Made by a program: the position numbers and the translations under genes
The notes under the pieces: generated by a model
Told to the model about the DNA's origin: nothing
Database searches by the model: none
Seen by the model: the letters and a program-made list of their open reading frames with translations, nothing else
Part shown: in pieces, positions 12,901 through 25,414 of the stretch
Position numbering within the stretch: position 1 is the stretch's first letter
Layout: every line of letters starts with the position of its first letter
From: Amphiscolops sp. MND2022
Lineage: Eukaryota
Assembly: GCA_964187785.1 (NCBI GenBank)
Contig: OZ076409.1
Location: 3,040,001 to 3,104,000 of the forward strand
DNA length: 64,000 nt
Direction of reading: 5' to 3'

Positions 12901-13233
12901 TCTTGATCGTCTTCTTGTTTTTCTTCTGCTGTTTTTGTTGTTGCTGTTGCTGCTGTTTCTTATTGATTGTGGTTCATGGTTGCTTGTTTACGGGCTGACA
13001 GGTAAGCAAGACTTCGGTGTTTTTGAGTGGTGTCGCCGTGAATGTTAATACTCACAATTGTTGTATGGTCAAGCTGAACAGAGCTGCTCAATGGCTTCTT
13101 TTAGATTTTCTTCTGGCAAAGCAATGTCGATTTGAGGCCCACGCTGGAGCTCGCATGCGCAGCCAGTCAGGTCCTCGTCACAACATGTGGTGATTTTGAA
13201 GTTTTCGAGGCGACGTTCCTCTGCTGGCGCATT

Positions 13234-14999
13234 CAGTGATGCCAGTTTAATGTGAAATCCTATTTACTTTAAACTAAATACTAGCTACTTCAAAACCTTG
13301 AATTATTATAAATTAAACAATTTTAGTTTAAACTAAAAATGAACTGAGCGCCTTGCAGTTTAAACTACACATCTGACAGGAGTATCAGCCTCTCCTTGAT
13401 TGATCGCATTGATTGCTTGTTCCGGCGTTTGTCTGAGAGAATCTGCGCCCGAGAAAAATATCGTTCGCAGTTGGCCGGAGACGGAAGAATAGCCAGTTTC
13501 AAAGAACACCTGAATCTCCTGATCAAGGCTCTTTGCCATTTCAGAGTTTTCTGGGATTACTTTATTTGTGGACGCGAGTCCAGTGAATGCATCCTCGATG
13601 GGATCGTTAGGATTGTTTAAATCTGCCGTCGGAACAGCTATGATGGCTTCACAAGGCAGAGGGCTGAACTCTTCGAACTGTTTCAAAAGGCCAGCTGCCA
13701 CCAGCATTTCCTCAGCTGATAAAACAGCTCGGCAGTCCTTATCCGGATTCAATAGCGCGGATGCTATTTGCACATTGGAGAAATTCTTGAACCTTTTTTC
13801 CTTCTCCATAAATGAACCAAGTCGACTCATGATTACCCTAACAGTATCGTGTACGTCAGGACGATTAGAAATCGTCATATATGCTTTTTGTAGCTGTCGC
13901 ACTACTTAAAAAACGTCTTCAATTATTGGTCTTTCGTTCTCAAAAATCGCCCTACTTGCAAAATTTTTTCGTGGCATTTCAGCATTTGATTTACTGCTAA
14001 CGGTTCCAGACTTCCAGAATTTCTGGGTTCCTGTCCATTTTGTAGTACAATTTCCAATTTAGAATTTGCAAACTTCATTTGGTAGAAATGACCATGCTCA
14101 ATCTTGGCCCACCCAGATCTTTCAGCAAGCAAAATGTATTAAGCTCTTGGAAAAATTTCATTTCTTTGACAGCGATTTGTATGCAGTTATTCAGTTTATG
14201 AGCACTGCAACCAACAATTTCGGCTCGCTCCAAAAAGGGCCCTTCTATTTCTATATCCACACTCTGCTGCACCACAAAACCTCCTCCTCTTCATCTTCAG
14301 AATAATCGGCAACAAGAGATAGGAAGTGCCTGCCACTGGCAATCATCGAATTACAATGGTCCGATTGATAACCCAGACATTTTTTCTCGTCCAAGCCACA
14401 TGCTCTCAGTGATGCTCACACTTCACAGGCTGTAACTGTTGCTGTTTGTCTGGGAACAGCGTTAAAATCTATGACTTGCACTGTTGAGATTCATTTCGAA
14501 GTGATCCAGGGTGCGGCCACATCCAATACGGTTTTGCCTTGTTGGTTTGTCCAGTGGTCTAGCTGAGTTCCGTAAAACTGTGCACTTTGTACCACCTTTA
14601 ACTTCTCAGGTGCTAACTTCGTCATGTGCCTTTGGATAGTGTCGTAGCTTTAGTTAAGAAGTTATCAGGTATTATTGTCTGATTTCTAATTTTTTGTGGA
14701 CGCTTTCTGAATAAGTTTGGCAAATAGAATTATGAGTTCACAATTTGAACAATACGTGTATGTATACAATATGTAAATCTGTGATATAGCTCAGCTTTCT
14801 AGCGTTGCCGGTATAAAATCGGTATTTCTGAGAAATGCCACTCAATTCTCCACGCGACTTGTCATTTATGCTTTCTAGTATAAATTTGGTGTGGCTGGTT
14901 TAAACTATAGTTTAAACTGTAGTTTAAACGGATTTTTTATGGAAGTTAAACTCTAATTTAAACCCCAGTTTAAACTTCTAAATTAAACTGGCATCACTG
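13234..14999 (-). mobile_element. Degenerate hAT DNA transposon inserted in the BEL remnant
   Basis: TIR cagtgatgccagtttaa at both ends; 8-bp TSD ggcgcatt/ggcgcagt; transposase fragments with DHWT and CSAHKLN motifs. Confidence 0.88.
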
Positions 15000-17274
15000 G
15001 GCGCAGTCGACTGGATTGGATTCAGAGGGGACGCTTTTCCAGTTTTCTGCCGCAACTGATTTTTGAATCTTCGCCACGCGATAGGCAACAAACGTTATCC
15101 AACAACTCGGATGATTCTTTTTCCAAGCCAGTCTGATTGTAGAATTGGTCCAAAAAAAATTTTGAGGTCAAGAAATCGTTCGTCTTTCAAGGCAATTCTG
15201 ATTGATTGAACGAGTTGCGCTCCAATAGAGCTGCACAGAGCTCTAATCGAGGAACATATAGAGTTTTGATAAGTGCCACTCGTGTTTTAGCTGGTTTCGA
15301 AGGTGTCCTTGACTGATGGGTTGATGAATGTAGACAGCTGCGGCGTAAGCGTTTGTAGAGGCGTGACAAAAGCAGTGGAATTGATGTGCGTTCTTGGAAG
15401 GCACACTCTTATCAAGAATGAATCTCTAGGTGTCGATATCTTCTATTGATTTGAGACCGGCACTGCAATGGTTATATTGTTGTGAGAGGTTGTGAATCAA
15501 TGGTTGATCCCAAGACAACTTATCCGGATTCAATAGCGCGGATGCTATTTGCACATTGGAGAAATTCTTGAACCTTTTTTCCTTCTCCATAAATGAACCA
15601 AGTCGACTCATGATTACCCTAACAGTATCGTGTACGTCAGGACGATTAGAGATCGTCATATATGCTTTTTGTAGCTGTCGCACTACTTAAAAAACGTCTT
15701 CAATTATTGGTCTTTCGTTCTCAAAAATCGCCCTACTTGCAAAATTTTTTTGTGGCATTTCAGCATTTGATTTACTGCTAACGGTTCCAGACTTCCAGAA
15801 TTTCTGGGTTCCTGTCCATTTTGTAGTAGAATTTCCAATTTAGAATTTGCGAACTTCATTTGGCCCACCCAGATCTTTCAGCAAGCAAAATGTATTAGGC
15901 TCTTGGAAAAATTTCATTTCTTTGACAGCGATTTGTATGCAGTTATTCAGTTTATGAGCACTGCAACCAACAATTTCGGCTCGCTCCAAAAAAGGCGCTT
16001 CTATTTCTATATCCACACTCTGCTGCACCACAAAACGTCCTCCTCTTCATCTTCAGAATATTCGGCAACAAGAGATAGGAAGTGCCTGCCACTGGCAATC
16101 ATCGAATTACAATGGTCCGATTGATAACCCAGACATTTTTTCTCGTCCAAGCCACATGCTCTCAGTGATGCTCACACTTCACAGGCTGTAACTGTTGCTG
16201 TTTGTCTGGGAACAGCGTTAAAATCTATGACTTGCACTGTTGAGATTCATTTCGAAGTGATCCAGGGTGCGGCCACATCCAATACGGTTTTGCCTTGTTG
16301 GTTTGTCCAGTGGTCTAGCTGAGTTCCGTAAAACTGTGCACTTTGTACCACCTTTAACTTCTCAGGTGCTAACTTCGTCATGTGCCTTTGGATAGTGTCG
16401 TAGCTTTAGTTAAGAAGTTATCAGGTATTATTGTCTGATTTCTAATTTTTTGTGGACGCTTTCTGAATAAGTTTGGCAAATAGAATTATGAGTTCACAAT
16501 TTGAACAATACGTGTATGTATACAATATGTAAATCTGTGATATAGCTCAGCTTTCTAGCGTTGCCGGTATAAAATCGGTATTTCTGAGAAATGCCACTCA
16601 ATTCTCCACGCGACTTGTCATTTATGCTTTCTAGTATAAATTTGGTGTGGCTGGTTTAAACTATAGTTTAAACTGTGGTTTAAACGGATTTTTTATGGAA
16701 GTTAAACTCTAATTTAAACCCCAGTTTAAACTTCTAAATTAAACTGGCATCACTGGGCGCAGTCGACTGGATTGGATTCAGAGGGGACGCTTTTCCAGTT
16801 TTCTGCCGCAACTGATTTTTGAATCTTCGCCACGCGATAGGCAACAAACGTTATCCAACAATTCGGATGATTCTTTTTCCAAGCCAGTCTGATTGTAGAA
16901 TTGGTCCAAAAAAATTTTTGAGGTCAAGAAATCGTTCGTCTTTCAAGGCAATTCTGATTGATTGAACGAGTTGCGCTCCAATAGAGCTGCACAGAGCTCT
17001 AATCGAGGAACATATAGAGTTTTGATAAGTGCCACTCGTGTTTTAGCTGGTTTCGAAGGTGTCCTTGACTGATGGGTTGATGAATGTAGACAGCTGCGGC
17101 GTAAGCGTTTGTAGAGGCGTGACAAAAGCAGTGGAATTGATGTGCGTTCTTGGAAGGCACACTCTTATCAAGAATGAATCTCTAGGTGTCGATATCTTCT
17201 ATTGATTTGAGACCGGCACTGCAATGGTTATATTGTTATGACAGGTTGTGAATCAATGGTTGATCCCAAGACAA
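13738..17274. repeat. Tandem duplication, units 13738-15518 and 15519-17274
   Basis: Near-identical ~1.77-kb copies (duplicate ORFs in the track); cttatcc at 13738, 15519 and 17275; 25-bp indel between copies. Confidence 0.93.
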
Positions 17275-18333
17275 CTTATCCAACCAAAGTGCTTGAATGA
17301 ACGACTTCAATTGGATGACATTTGGTGAGAGGAGACCCAACATATCAGAGATGCGGGTAACTTCCGAGAATTCTTGTCGTTTCGTTTGTGCGGCTTCATC
17401 GGTCGAATCCACGTTGAAGGTGAAGATGTCCTGTTTCGGTTTCCACACTATACAAAGTGTTTTGATGAAGTATTCTTTGGACTCGATGTGTCTGGTGTCG
17501 CCTGATTCTCGATAGGTATCGGAAAGGCGTTCAACGAGTGAAAGATCGCTCATCACTCGATGACCACTTACGTAGATGGAAACCAGCGTTAGCTAGATGT
17601 TTGATGAGGGCGTCTTGCACTACTTTAGCTTCTTTTTTGGAGGAGGTTGCTGTTAATAGATCGTCGGTGTACAAGTTGAGTTTGAGTTGCAGAGTATGGA
17701 GTTTTGGAGTTGTTACTATCAACACTTCAAATGAACTGCTTTTGAAAGAAATTGAGTTGAATTTTTTTGAGGAATCTCTGGCATCGCATACGAGTGACAA
17801 TCCGAGTTACACTCTATCAAACAGAACCTCAAAATTGGCTCCTCTCTGATCAAATTGAAGACGGGGAAACTTTGCAATCTGGGGAATATTGAAAAATCTA
17901 GTGAAAAACTACCTGCAAAAAATATCTGCAATTTCTCGACTGATAGAGTCGACTTTATAACAAAATAAAGATTTGTGCTAGTTTGGTGAACGTGAAAAAA
18001 CCTTAAAATCACAAAATTTTTTTGTAAGTCCTATAAAAAGGAAATCAATGAAAATAATTTTGAGGAAAATCCATCTCAGAAAGAGTTAAACCGTAACATT
18101 ATTCTTATCTTCTATCATGCTATTTTCCTTCAAAGATTTCCTTTGTACACATTTAGATACAGAGCTAAAGTTTGAAAAGGTGAAATATTCACAGTGCAAG
18201 CTATGAGTTCGCATGGTCTGGAGAAAAAACGTGTCATTGTAATAGTCGAGCACACTTTATTAACAAAGAGGGCCGACTGAAAACATGGACACAAAAATTG
18301 ATAGACATGAAACATGAAATGAGTTAAACTTAC

Positions 18334-18480
18334 CGTGAATTCGACTCTAGACTGAATCTCTCTGTCCAAGGTCAACGGGTCACTCACGGTCAGTTGACCC
18401 GAGGTCGAGAGGTCAAAGGGGAAGAAGTCGGGGTCAGATGTCATGAAGCCGATCTCGAAAAAGAACTCCGCATTCTCGCC
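18334..18480 (-). CDS. Cadherin-related gene, internal exon e (GENAEF...LDREIQSRVEFT)
   Basis: cacAG acceptor, GTAAGT donor, 147 bp phase 0/0, LDRE motif. Confidence 0.92.
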
Positions 18481-18671
18481 CTGTGTGCAAAAACATTCTG
18501 GTTCTCTGTTCAGACCAGACATTTTAGAACATGGGAAGTTGTTCTTTCCTGTTTTTTCCATATTTTCAGGGCTTTCGGAGTCCACAAGTTAATTTGTGGA
18601 AATGTGAAAATGTAATGAATCCGAAATTGTATTGAATATTCAGAGACTGATTTTTTTAAGGAAATGATTTA

Positions 18672-19260
18672 CTGGGTGTTCACTTTAAAGTGACACCTTT
18701 GAGAGCTCTTTTAAAGGAAGCAAGGCGTCTATTGTAGAACCTCCAAACATATTCAATCATGACATCGGAGGGACATTTAGCATGAAACTCTTTTCACAAA
18801 AGAAAGTTCAACATCCGTTGAAATTTCTGTGTTGAACGGCCACTTTTCAGCCGCAAACTTTGAACGTCATGAGTTTCCGCGACAATGAAGAAAAGCAAAT
18901 TATTCTACTTTTTAGGAAGTTGGAATCCGAAAACAGTTTCTGAGAAAAGATTTTCTGAGAAGACATTTCCTAAGAAGACATTTTCCTCGAAAACAATTTC
19001 TGAGAGTCTTCCGCAAATTCGAACGTAAATCAAAACAATTCAAATGTCAAGATTTTGTTAAAATCAAAAAACAAAACGTTTCTGGAAAATGGGGTAATGG
19101 AGAAAAACATGAACATTTTCTCCATCAATACACTGTTGATGTGTAAATCATCTGAATTATTCCTCTTGTATTAGTAACTCTGCAAACCTCCAGAACATTC
19201 CGTTTGACACAAAAAAAATTAGCGCCTTTCTTTTTGCCATCTTATTCTCTGAACACCCTG
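18672..19260. mobile_element. Tc1/mariner-type MITE
   Basis: Imperfect TIR ctgggtgttca / tgaacaccctg flanked by TA on both sides; no coding capacity. Confidence 0.5.
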
Positions 19261-19282
19261 TATATCAAATTATTACAATGAT

Positions 19283-20499
19283 TGTAACATTCACCCCTAT
19301 CAACCGATGAGTTACAGACCCGAAAGTTCTGGGGTTCTCAAAAATCCTCTTGGTGGTAAGAGGTTGCTCACTAGAGTAATTGTACTGTAAAAATGCTCTT
19401 GCGGTATTTCGGTATGCTGCATAGGTTCGAGGATGGCCACGGGTCTCACGGTGTTCAAACAGCCTTCGAAAAGACCTGAACGGGCTTCTACTTGACGCGT
19501 CCGATCGGACTAGAGTGAGTTTTCAACCTTAGTTTTACTACAATGTTGAATCAACTCTCGACCCCACTACAGAAGGTCTGAGTCCTCTGCAAATGGACCA
19601 AGTAATCCGCCTCAGAAAAAATGTCAGGCAAAACGTTCACTCGAAGAGGTGAACATCCCCTACTATTAAACAAGAAAACTTACACCAATAGAACAATTCT
19701 ACGTCGTTCTGCTGAGAGAGAGGAGAGAGATCAGGGTGAAAGATAGCAAGAGAACGATTGAAAGCGAAAGTCAATGTGAGAGTAAGCGTTGTGTTGGGTG
19801 TCTCCGGGATAAGTCCACCCTTCGTCTCGTCAGGTCCCTTTCACTTTTCGTGAGATTTTAAGCTCAAAAACGCCGGTATTCATACTCCGTTTGCCGTGTT
19901 TTTAGATCGGTTATCAGTCGCGTATGACGTGTCCTCAACCCCGACGGGCCTCGGCCCCTTTTACTATTTTTGTCCCCAACGTTTTAGGAATAGACATCAA
20001 AGTGCCATAAATGTCCGTATCTAGACATTTTTCGAAACAATTGTCAATTGGGAAGGTTTTGCTTCCCCGCTTGCGCTGACACCTATGCTTCAAAGTGTCC
20101 GCCTAGTCGGACAGTATTCATCCCGTATCTTTCAACTGTGAACTGCATGCTCTACTTTTGGGCATCACATCTTATACGTATCATGTTTGTAATTTTCATT
20201 AGGCAGAAAAGACGCTTCGATTGAACTCATACAGCTGTTGAGAAAATTGGTAATTTGATTTAAATTTTTGTTAGTTTTCATGGTTTCAATTTGCTATTCC
20301 AACACATTCGGAATATTTTGTCAAATATTTGCACTACATGAGCAATTACTATATCGCGACCTTCCTTCTTGATAAAGGTTTTAGTTATAGTCTAAACAGA
20401 TATTCACTTTGCCGTTATTGAGAACTCCTCCTTCGAATTCTAGTTAGTTGTAGTTTCATCATGTATTTTTATTGCAATTAGGTAATTTTACCTCTCACA
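19283..20499. mobile_element. Probable solo LTR (1217 bp)
   Basis: TGT...ACA termini flanked by a 5-bp direct repeat ATGAT (19278-19282, 20500-20504). Confidence 0.6.
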
Positions 20500-20569
20500 A
20501 TGATTTGGTATGTATACTTTTACATGCAATATACTACAAGGAGTATGTGTGAAAGTAAGACAGACTCAC

Positions 20570-20734
20570 GGAATCGAGATCGGTGGCTTGAACTGTGAGC
20601 ACTATAGTCCCCTCTGGCGAGTTCTCCCTCACCTCTGCCGAATACTGGGACTGGGAGATGACCGGGGCATTGTCATCCACGTCTTGTACCAACACCTGAA
20701 CTGGCACTCTGGCTTTTCTCTGGGTGTTTTCCGT
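20570..20734 (-). CDS. Cadherin-related gene, internal exon d (TENTQRK...DVDDNAP...VREN...ATDLDS)
   Basis: ttatccAG acceptor, GTGAGT donor, 165 bp phase 0/0; DxDDNxP, xEN and AxDxD motifs (not in ORF track). Confidence 0.92.
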
Positions 20735-21270
20735 CTGGATAAAAGGAAATCATAATCAAAAACGACTGGGAGTTTCAAAAGAAAAAGTTCAAGTGATTGT
20801 TTTTCAGAATGGATGAATTTTTAATTATTTGTTGCCCTAGGAATATTAAATAGCTGCTAGAGTTACTCAAGTCCAGACGTACTAGAATTATAGATACCAT
20901 AGTTTAAATACCGCTACTCACACAGTGTGAAAAATTCTAGTCTTTTTCCTTGCAAAAATTGAATAAAGTTATCATTGAATTATGAAACACACTTGTTATT
21001 AAATTAATACTTGATATTTAATAGTTTGAAGAATAAGTTTCTTAGCGAAATAGCGATTTTGAAATCAGTGGCTTAGCGAGAAAAAAATAGCGATCCGAGA
21101 TTCAGGTACAAACAGAAAACAGAATGTTTTTTCTATTTTACCGAGCTCAACATTTAGGGAGTTGATAGAATTTCACCATATTTGGGTCAGTGAAACAATT
21201 AATCCCAATTTCTGGGTCAGAATTGTTTGGTTGTAAGAAAAAAATTCATGCATTTTTATGACGTCATTAC

Positions 21271-21389
21271 CTGAAATGCCTCAACTTGTAGCATGAGTGA
21301 CGTCACACCATCAGGACCGTCTCTATCCAGGGGCACATCGACTGTGAGATCTCCCGTTATAGAATCAATGGAAAATCCAGTCACTTCTT
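21271..21389 (-). CDS. Cadherin-related gene, internal exon c (EVTGFSIDSITGDL...LDRD...EAFQ)
   Basis: ttgcAG acceptor, GTAATG donor, 119 bp phase 1/0; FxIDxxTG and LDRD motifs. Confidence 0.9.
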
Positions 21390-21608
21390 CTGCAACAACT
21401 ACTATAACTCATGGATGACCTCCAAAATTTCCAAGTTTTTTATTTGAAACAAGAAGCAATAATGGATCTTTGCGGACTGTTTCGAACGCTTTTTATTTTC
21501 CGCCCCCGCACTTTATTGTGTAGGGGAGGAAAATTATAATTTCTGTTGCGTTTTGTTTCCAAATTCTGCCAAATCGCCATAATCTCCATATTATATATGT
21601 AACTCTCT

Positions 21609-21691
21609 GAGCTACGATAGCTCAGTTGGTAGTGCATCGCCTATCAATCAGTAGGTAGCGAGTTCGAAACTCGCCTCCGCCTGATTTTTTT
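21609..21691 (+). mobile_element. tRNA-derived SINE head or tRNA pseudogene
   Basis: A-box TAGCTCAGTTGG, T-arm gcgag-TTCGAAA-ctcgc with B-box, followed by a T run; acceptor stem does not pair. Confidence 0.6.
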
Positions 21692-22203
21692 GACAAGGCC
21701 GAAAATATCCCGGTGTTTAGTTGGAACAAGTGACACTGTGAACAAGAAGATCAATGATACTGCTGTGTTTTCTGTTTTTGAAGCGAATAACAGTGGAGAC
21801 TAGTAGTGGGAACATCTCTACTGCCGTGTGGGAGTCAAAAACTTACACCTAAAAACCAATCTTTCCCGTTGAGTCCCTCCTATGAATCAATTTTCCAAAC
21901 CTGTATCGAAACATCCAAATCTCTCTAACAATGTTTTAGATATTTCCCAAGTAATTTTAGATCTTATTTAAGTGATGTTTAAATATTTTATTGATTTTGA
22001 CTTTTTCTTCAGTAACTTTTGGATGTTATTTCAGTAGTTTTAGATTATATTTTGGGTGTGCGTTCATTTTACCCCAAAATCATTTTACCCCATGTCATTT
22101 CACCACATATCATTTCACCCCACATTCATTTCACCCCACGTTCGTTTAACCCCATATTCATTTCACGCCATATTGTAATTATATAAAAGCGTCTAGTCTT
22201 AAT

Positions 22204-24326
22204 CAGGGGCTTTCAAAAATTAATTGCACGTAAACCAATCAATTTTTCTCTTTTCAATTAACTAATTGAATTTTCTCAAACTGACCAATCAATTAATTGA
22301 ATAATTGCAATTAATTGCTTCAAGAAAGAAAACTAGGAGTTAACAATTTTATTAACGTCATCAATATTCCAGAACGAATGATTCACTTTTTAAAAAGTTG
22401 CATTTCAAGGTTTATGGGCAACAAGTTTTTCCGATAATCATTGTACGCATATCCGGCGGAACTGAAAACCCTCTCTAAAACATCAGATGTTGGCGAAATA
22501 AAATTTGGAAAAATGTACTTCGACATTTTTTCTTTTGCCTTTTCTAGACGTCGGCGTTTCAAATAGGAAGTTGCAAAGTCATCATCTTCGGAGCTGCGTC
22601 TTCTCGTTGTGGAAACTCCGTTAGTTTCGATTGGCAGTAGCGAGTTTTGTTCTTCGTTTGATATTTCCGAAAACTTTTTGCTGAGAATTTTTCGCAATCC
22701 ACTCTCAAATTCAAGTTTTTGGACTATAGGCGAATGCGGTTGTGAATAATCTCGAAATTCAACCCCTTCGAACTTTCCAAGTACTGCGTCAAAAAGATTT
22801 CGCACATCACTCAAATCTTGGTCTTCCCGTTGGAGGGCATTTGTTACAGAATACAAAATCTTCGCTTTTTCCCGAAGATCCATCAACTCTTTCGTTTCCT
22901 TTGCATTTGGAGTTAAATCGGTCAAGCGATAAAAACTTGGAAGAAATGGACGCAGCTCAAAATATCTTTCAATCATTTTCATAGTACTCGTCCATCTTGT
23001 TTTATTTCTCATTGCTCCAGCAAGTTCCGTAAATTGTCGCAGTTCTCCAGCAAATTTTATTGTTTTCAATTTCATCATTAAATTGTTCAGTTTTGATAAC
23101 AGGCCACTTGAACGTTCAAAATAAGATAGATGACACAGCAAGGTTGAATTTGTGTGAAGCACATCCTATCAGAGGCAATTGGCATTTGTTGCCGAAGCTT
23201 TTGTTTACCTCGGCATTATCTCCGGTTATGGTGACAATGTTCGATAGATCTTTTTTGAAGACAGAAAGTGTAAATACAAGAAAATCGTAATGCTCCTGTG
23301 TCCCAAAGCATGACTCATTTGCTAATGGGATGAATGCTAGTAAATTTTTGCCAACTGACAGATATTCTTTCGAATAGGACGCGAAATTTCCCACAAAGTG
23401 CGTTGAGCCAGATGTCCAGCCGTCTATTACATCAGCAAACTTGTTTGGAAGCGAACTCGATTTTTTTTCATCGACAACCTCTGTTAATTTGTCAATGTGT
23501 ATTATCAAAGTATTTCGACTTATCTTTTCAAGTTTTGAATATTCTCTCGTCAACGGCTCTTTGACAAAACTGAATGGTTTGAGGCCTGATATCACCCAGT
23601 GGAGCCAGCCAAAATAATTTTTAACTTTGTTGGGTTTCAAGTTTTCTCCTTTAGAAAAGTATTCCGAGATAACTGTATCATTTGAATTACCTTCCTTATA
23701 TTCTGGTTGTTGACTTCGTAAATGATTCATCTGGATTGTCCACCCTGTACCCTCTTTTCGGGTTAAAATTTTGCAGCAGATGCATTTCCAACTATCGGGT
23801 TTAGTTAAATCCCTGGTAAAATAACGTTCAACAATATGAGATTTCTTTGAAGTATAACCTGGCATATTTCAAGCTACCATTAAAATGAATTTACTGCACA
23901 CAAAGAAGCAATTATGCATGTAAAGAAATATACATGCAAGAAAATACAATAATTTCTTTGCTAAGGTAGATTCTTTTTGGTTTGAAATTCAAACGAGCAT
24001 TGTATAGCGGGACGACTGCTAAATAATATTGTATAGATTGCAGGATTGCATTGTGTGTTATTGGTTACCGCTGATTGGTTAAACAACTTTGATTAGAGTT
24101 CCATAGCGGCGCCGCAATGCTGATAATTGATTGTAGTTCCTCTTATACGAACAACTAATCCATATATTTTCTTCTTAAATACTTAGTGTTTAAAAATGAT
24201 TCCAATTAATTGCAATTAATTGCATTCAAATCAATCAATTTTTTAATTGCTTAAATTTTTGCAATTAAATTTTTAACCAATTTAATTGCAATTAATTGGA
24301 AATCAATTAATTTTTGAAAGCCCCTG
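22204..24326 (-). mobile_element. hAT DNA transposon, near full length
   Basis: Perfect 23-bp TIR caggggctttcaaaaattaattg; 8-bp TSD gtcttaat/gtctcatt; internal caattaattg subterminal repeats. Confidence 0.92.
22383..23865 (-). pseudogene. hAT transposase, frameshifted near 23116-23162
   Basis: BED-like finger, IDGWT, TGDNA, CASHKFNLAV, TRWTS and LERVFS motifs split over two overlapping ORFs. Confidence 0.9.
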
Positions 24327-25083
24327 GTCTCATTTAACCACTTAACGACTAAACTTTGATGCCTACTGTCTAATTTGAGTCAGCTTTGATTTGATTGTCA
24401 GGTTCTGGCCATACGTCACTAATAAACCGGAATAGGAACTTTTTTGCTGAAAATTCGCAGCATCCAATAATTGAAGATTTTGATTGACAGAACAAAATGA
24501 TTTTTTTCAGCACTTTGTTCAGAAGTATTACAATTCCAATAAGTGAAACGTTTCGGTTCCGATTTTTCGGTTCACATAGCAAGCATATTTTGCTTATCTA
24601 ATTGGTAATTAGATTCAAAACGCGTTTCTTTTGATTCAAGCGCTAAGATTGAAATCGTGCGGCTGTAGTCATTATTCTGAGACGCATTTGATAATTTAAA
24701 TGTGGGGTGAAATGAATTTTGGTTGTTGAAATGAACGTGGGGTGAAATGAATATGGGGCGAAATGAATGTGGGGTGAAATGATACTAAACCATATTTTAG
24801 TGATCGTGAAGATTATCTGATTCCAGTAATTTCAAAGATCTGAGTACCTTTCAGATTAAGTATCAGTTTTATAATAAATTATTCATCATTTTCTGCTGCT
24901 CTATTTCTCGCTGGAATGCAGCTTTTGCTAGGATTTTTTGTCATCTTGGCCTTCTATGTAAAATGTTTCTTGGGAACGTGCCTGTTTTCAAAAGGTCTTA
25001 CTATGACAACAGATTAAAGGGGGGATCAATATGAGGAAAAGTCAAACTTCATATTTTTTGAAGGAACGGATCAATTCACTAAC

Positions 25084-25159
25084 CTGCGAATTTGTATGCA
25101 ATTGGCTTTTGAAAAGCGTCCCCATCCGAAGCTGATAGTTTAGGTATCGTTTGAATTTC
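25084..25159 (-). CDS. Cadherin-related gene, internal exon b (EIQTIPKLSASDGDAFQKPIAYKFA)
   Basis: caccAG acceptor, GTTAGT donor, 76 bp phase 0/1; AxDGD..IxY motif; phases match both neighbouring exons. Confidence 0.88.
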
Positions 25160-25207
25160 CTGGTGAACACAGCAACAAACAATGCAGAGCTTGAGAACAA
25201 AATTGTA

Positions 25208-25414
25208 CAGTAAACCCTCGATTATCCGCCACCATCGGTCCAGCGCGAATTATGGCGGATAAGTGAGAGTGGCGGTTAATCAAGGGAGCTTAGACACGGG
25301 TGGTATAGCAACATGTCCTCGTAGATTTGTGGCGGCTGACCAAAGGTGGCGGATAATCGTGTGGCGGATAATCGAGTGGCGGATAATCGAGTGCGGATAA
25401 TCGAGGGTTTACTG
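25208..25414. mobile_element. pogo/Tigger-like MITE
   Basis: TIR cagtaaaccctcgattatccgc / gcggataatcgagggtttactg, TA TSD, internal gtggcggataatcg repeats. Confidence 0.85.

Larger units (their letters stand above)
11230..17700 (-). mobile_element. Degenerate BEL/Pao LTR retrotransposon pol remnant (interrupted by a hAT and partly duplicated)
   Basis: RT YTDDLL/GFHLRKWSS (17531-17800), LSWDQPL and PRLELCAALL Pao motifs, integrase PFSYTGRDYCGP and PHFRGLWE; many stops and frameshifts; boundaries approximate. Confidence 0.85.
22055..24791. mobile_element. Non-autonomous foldback/Mutator-like element with ~15-bp subterminal tandem repeats, host of a nested hAT
   Basis: Inverted arrays of catttcacccca (22062-22172) and tggggtgaaatgaa (24700-24782); ggt...acc ends; flanks atattttg/atatttta. 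Confidence 0.65.

Noticed and set aside
12803..13048. Leucine-rich membrane ORF
   Set aside because: Translation of a CTT/CTG low-complexity tract within the BEL remnant
19300..19330. Hammerhead-like CCGATGAG...CGAAA
   Set aside because: Core mismatch and no convincing stems
21609..21682. Functional tRNA gene
   Set aside because: Acceptor stem does not pair and the anticodon arm is irregular; better explained as SINE-derived
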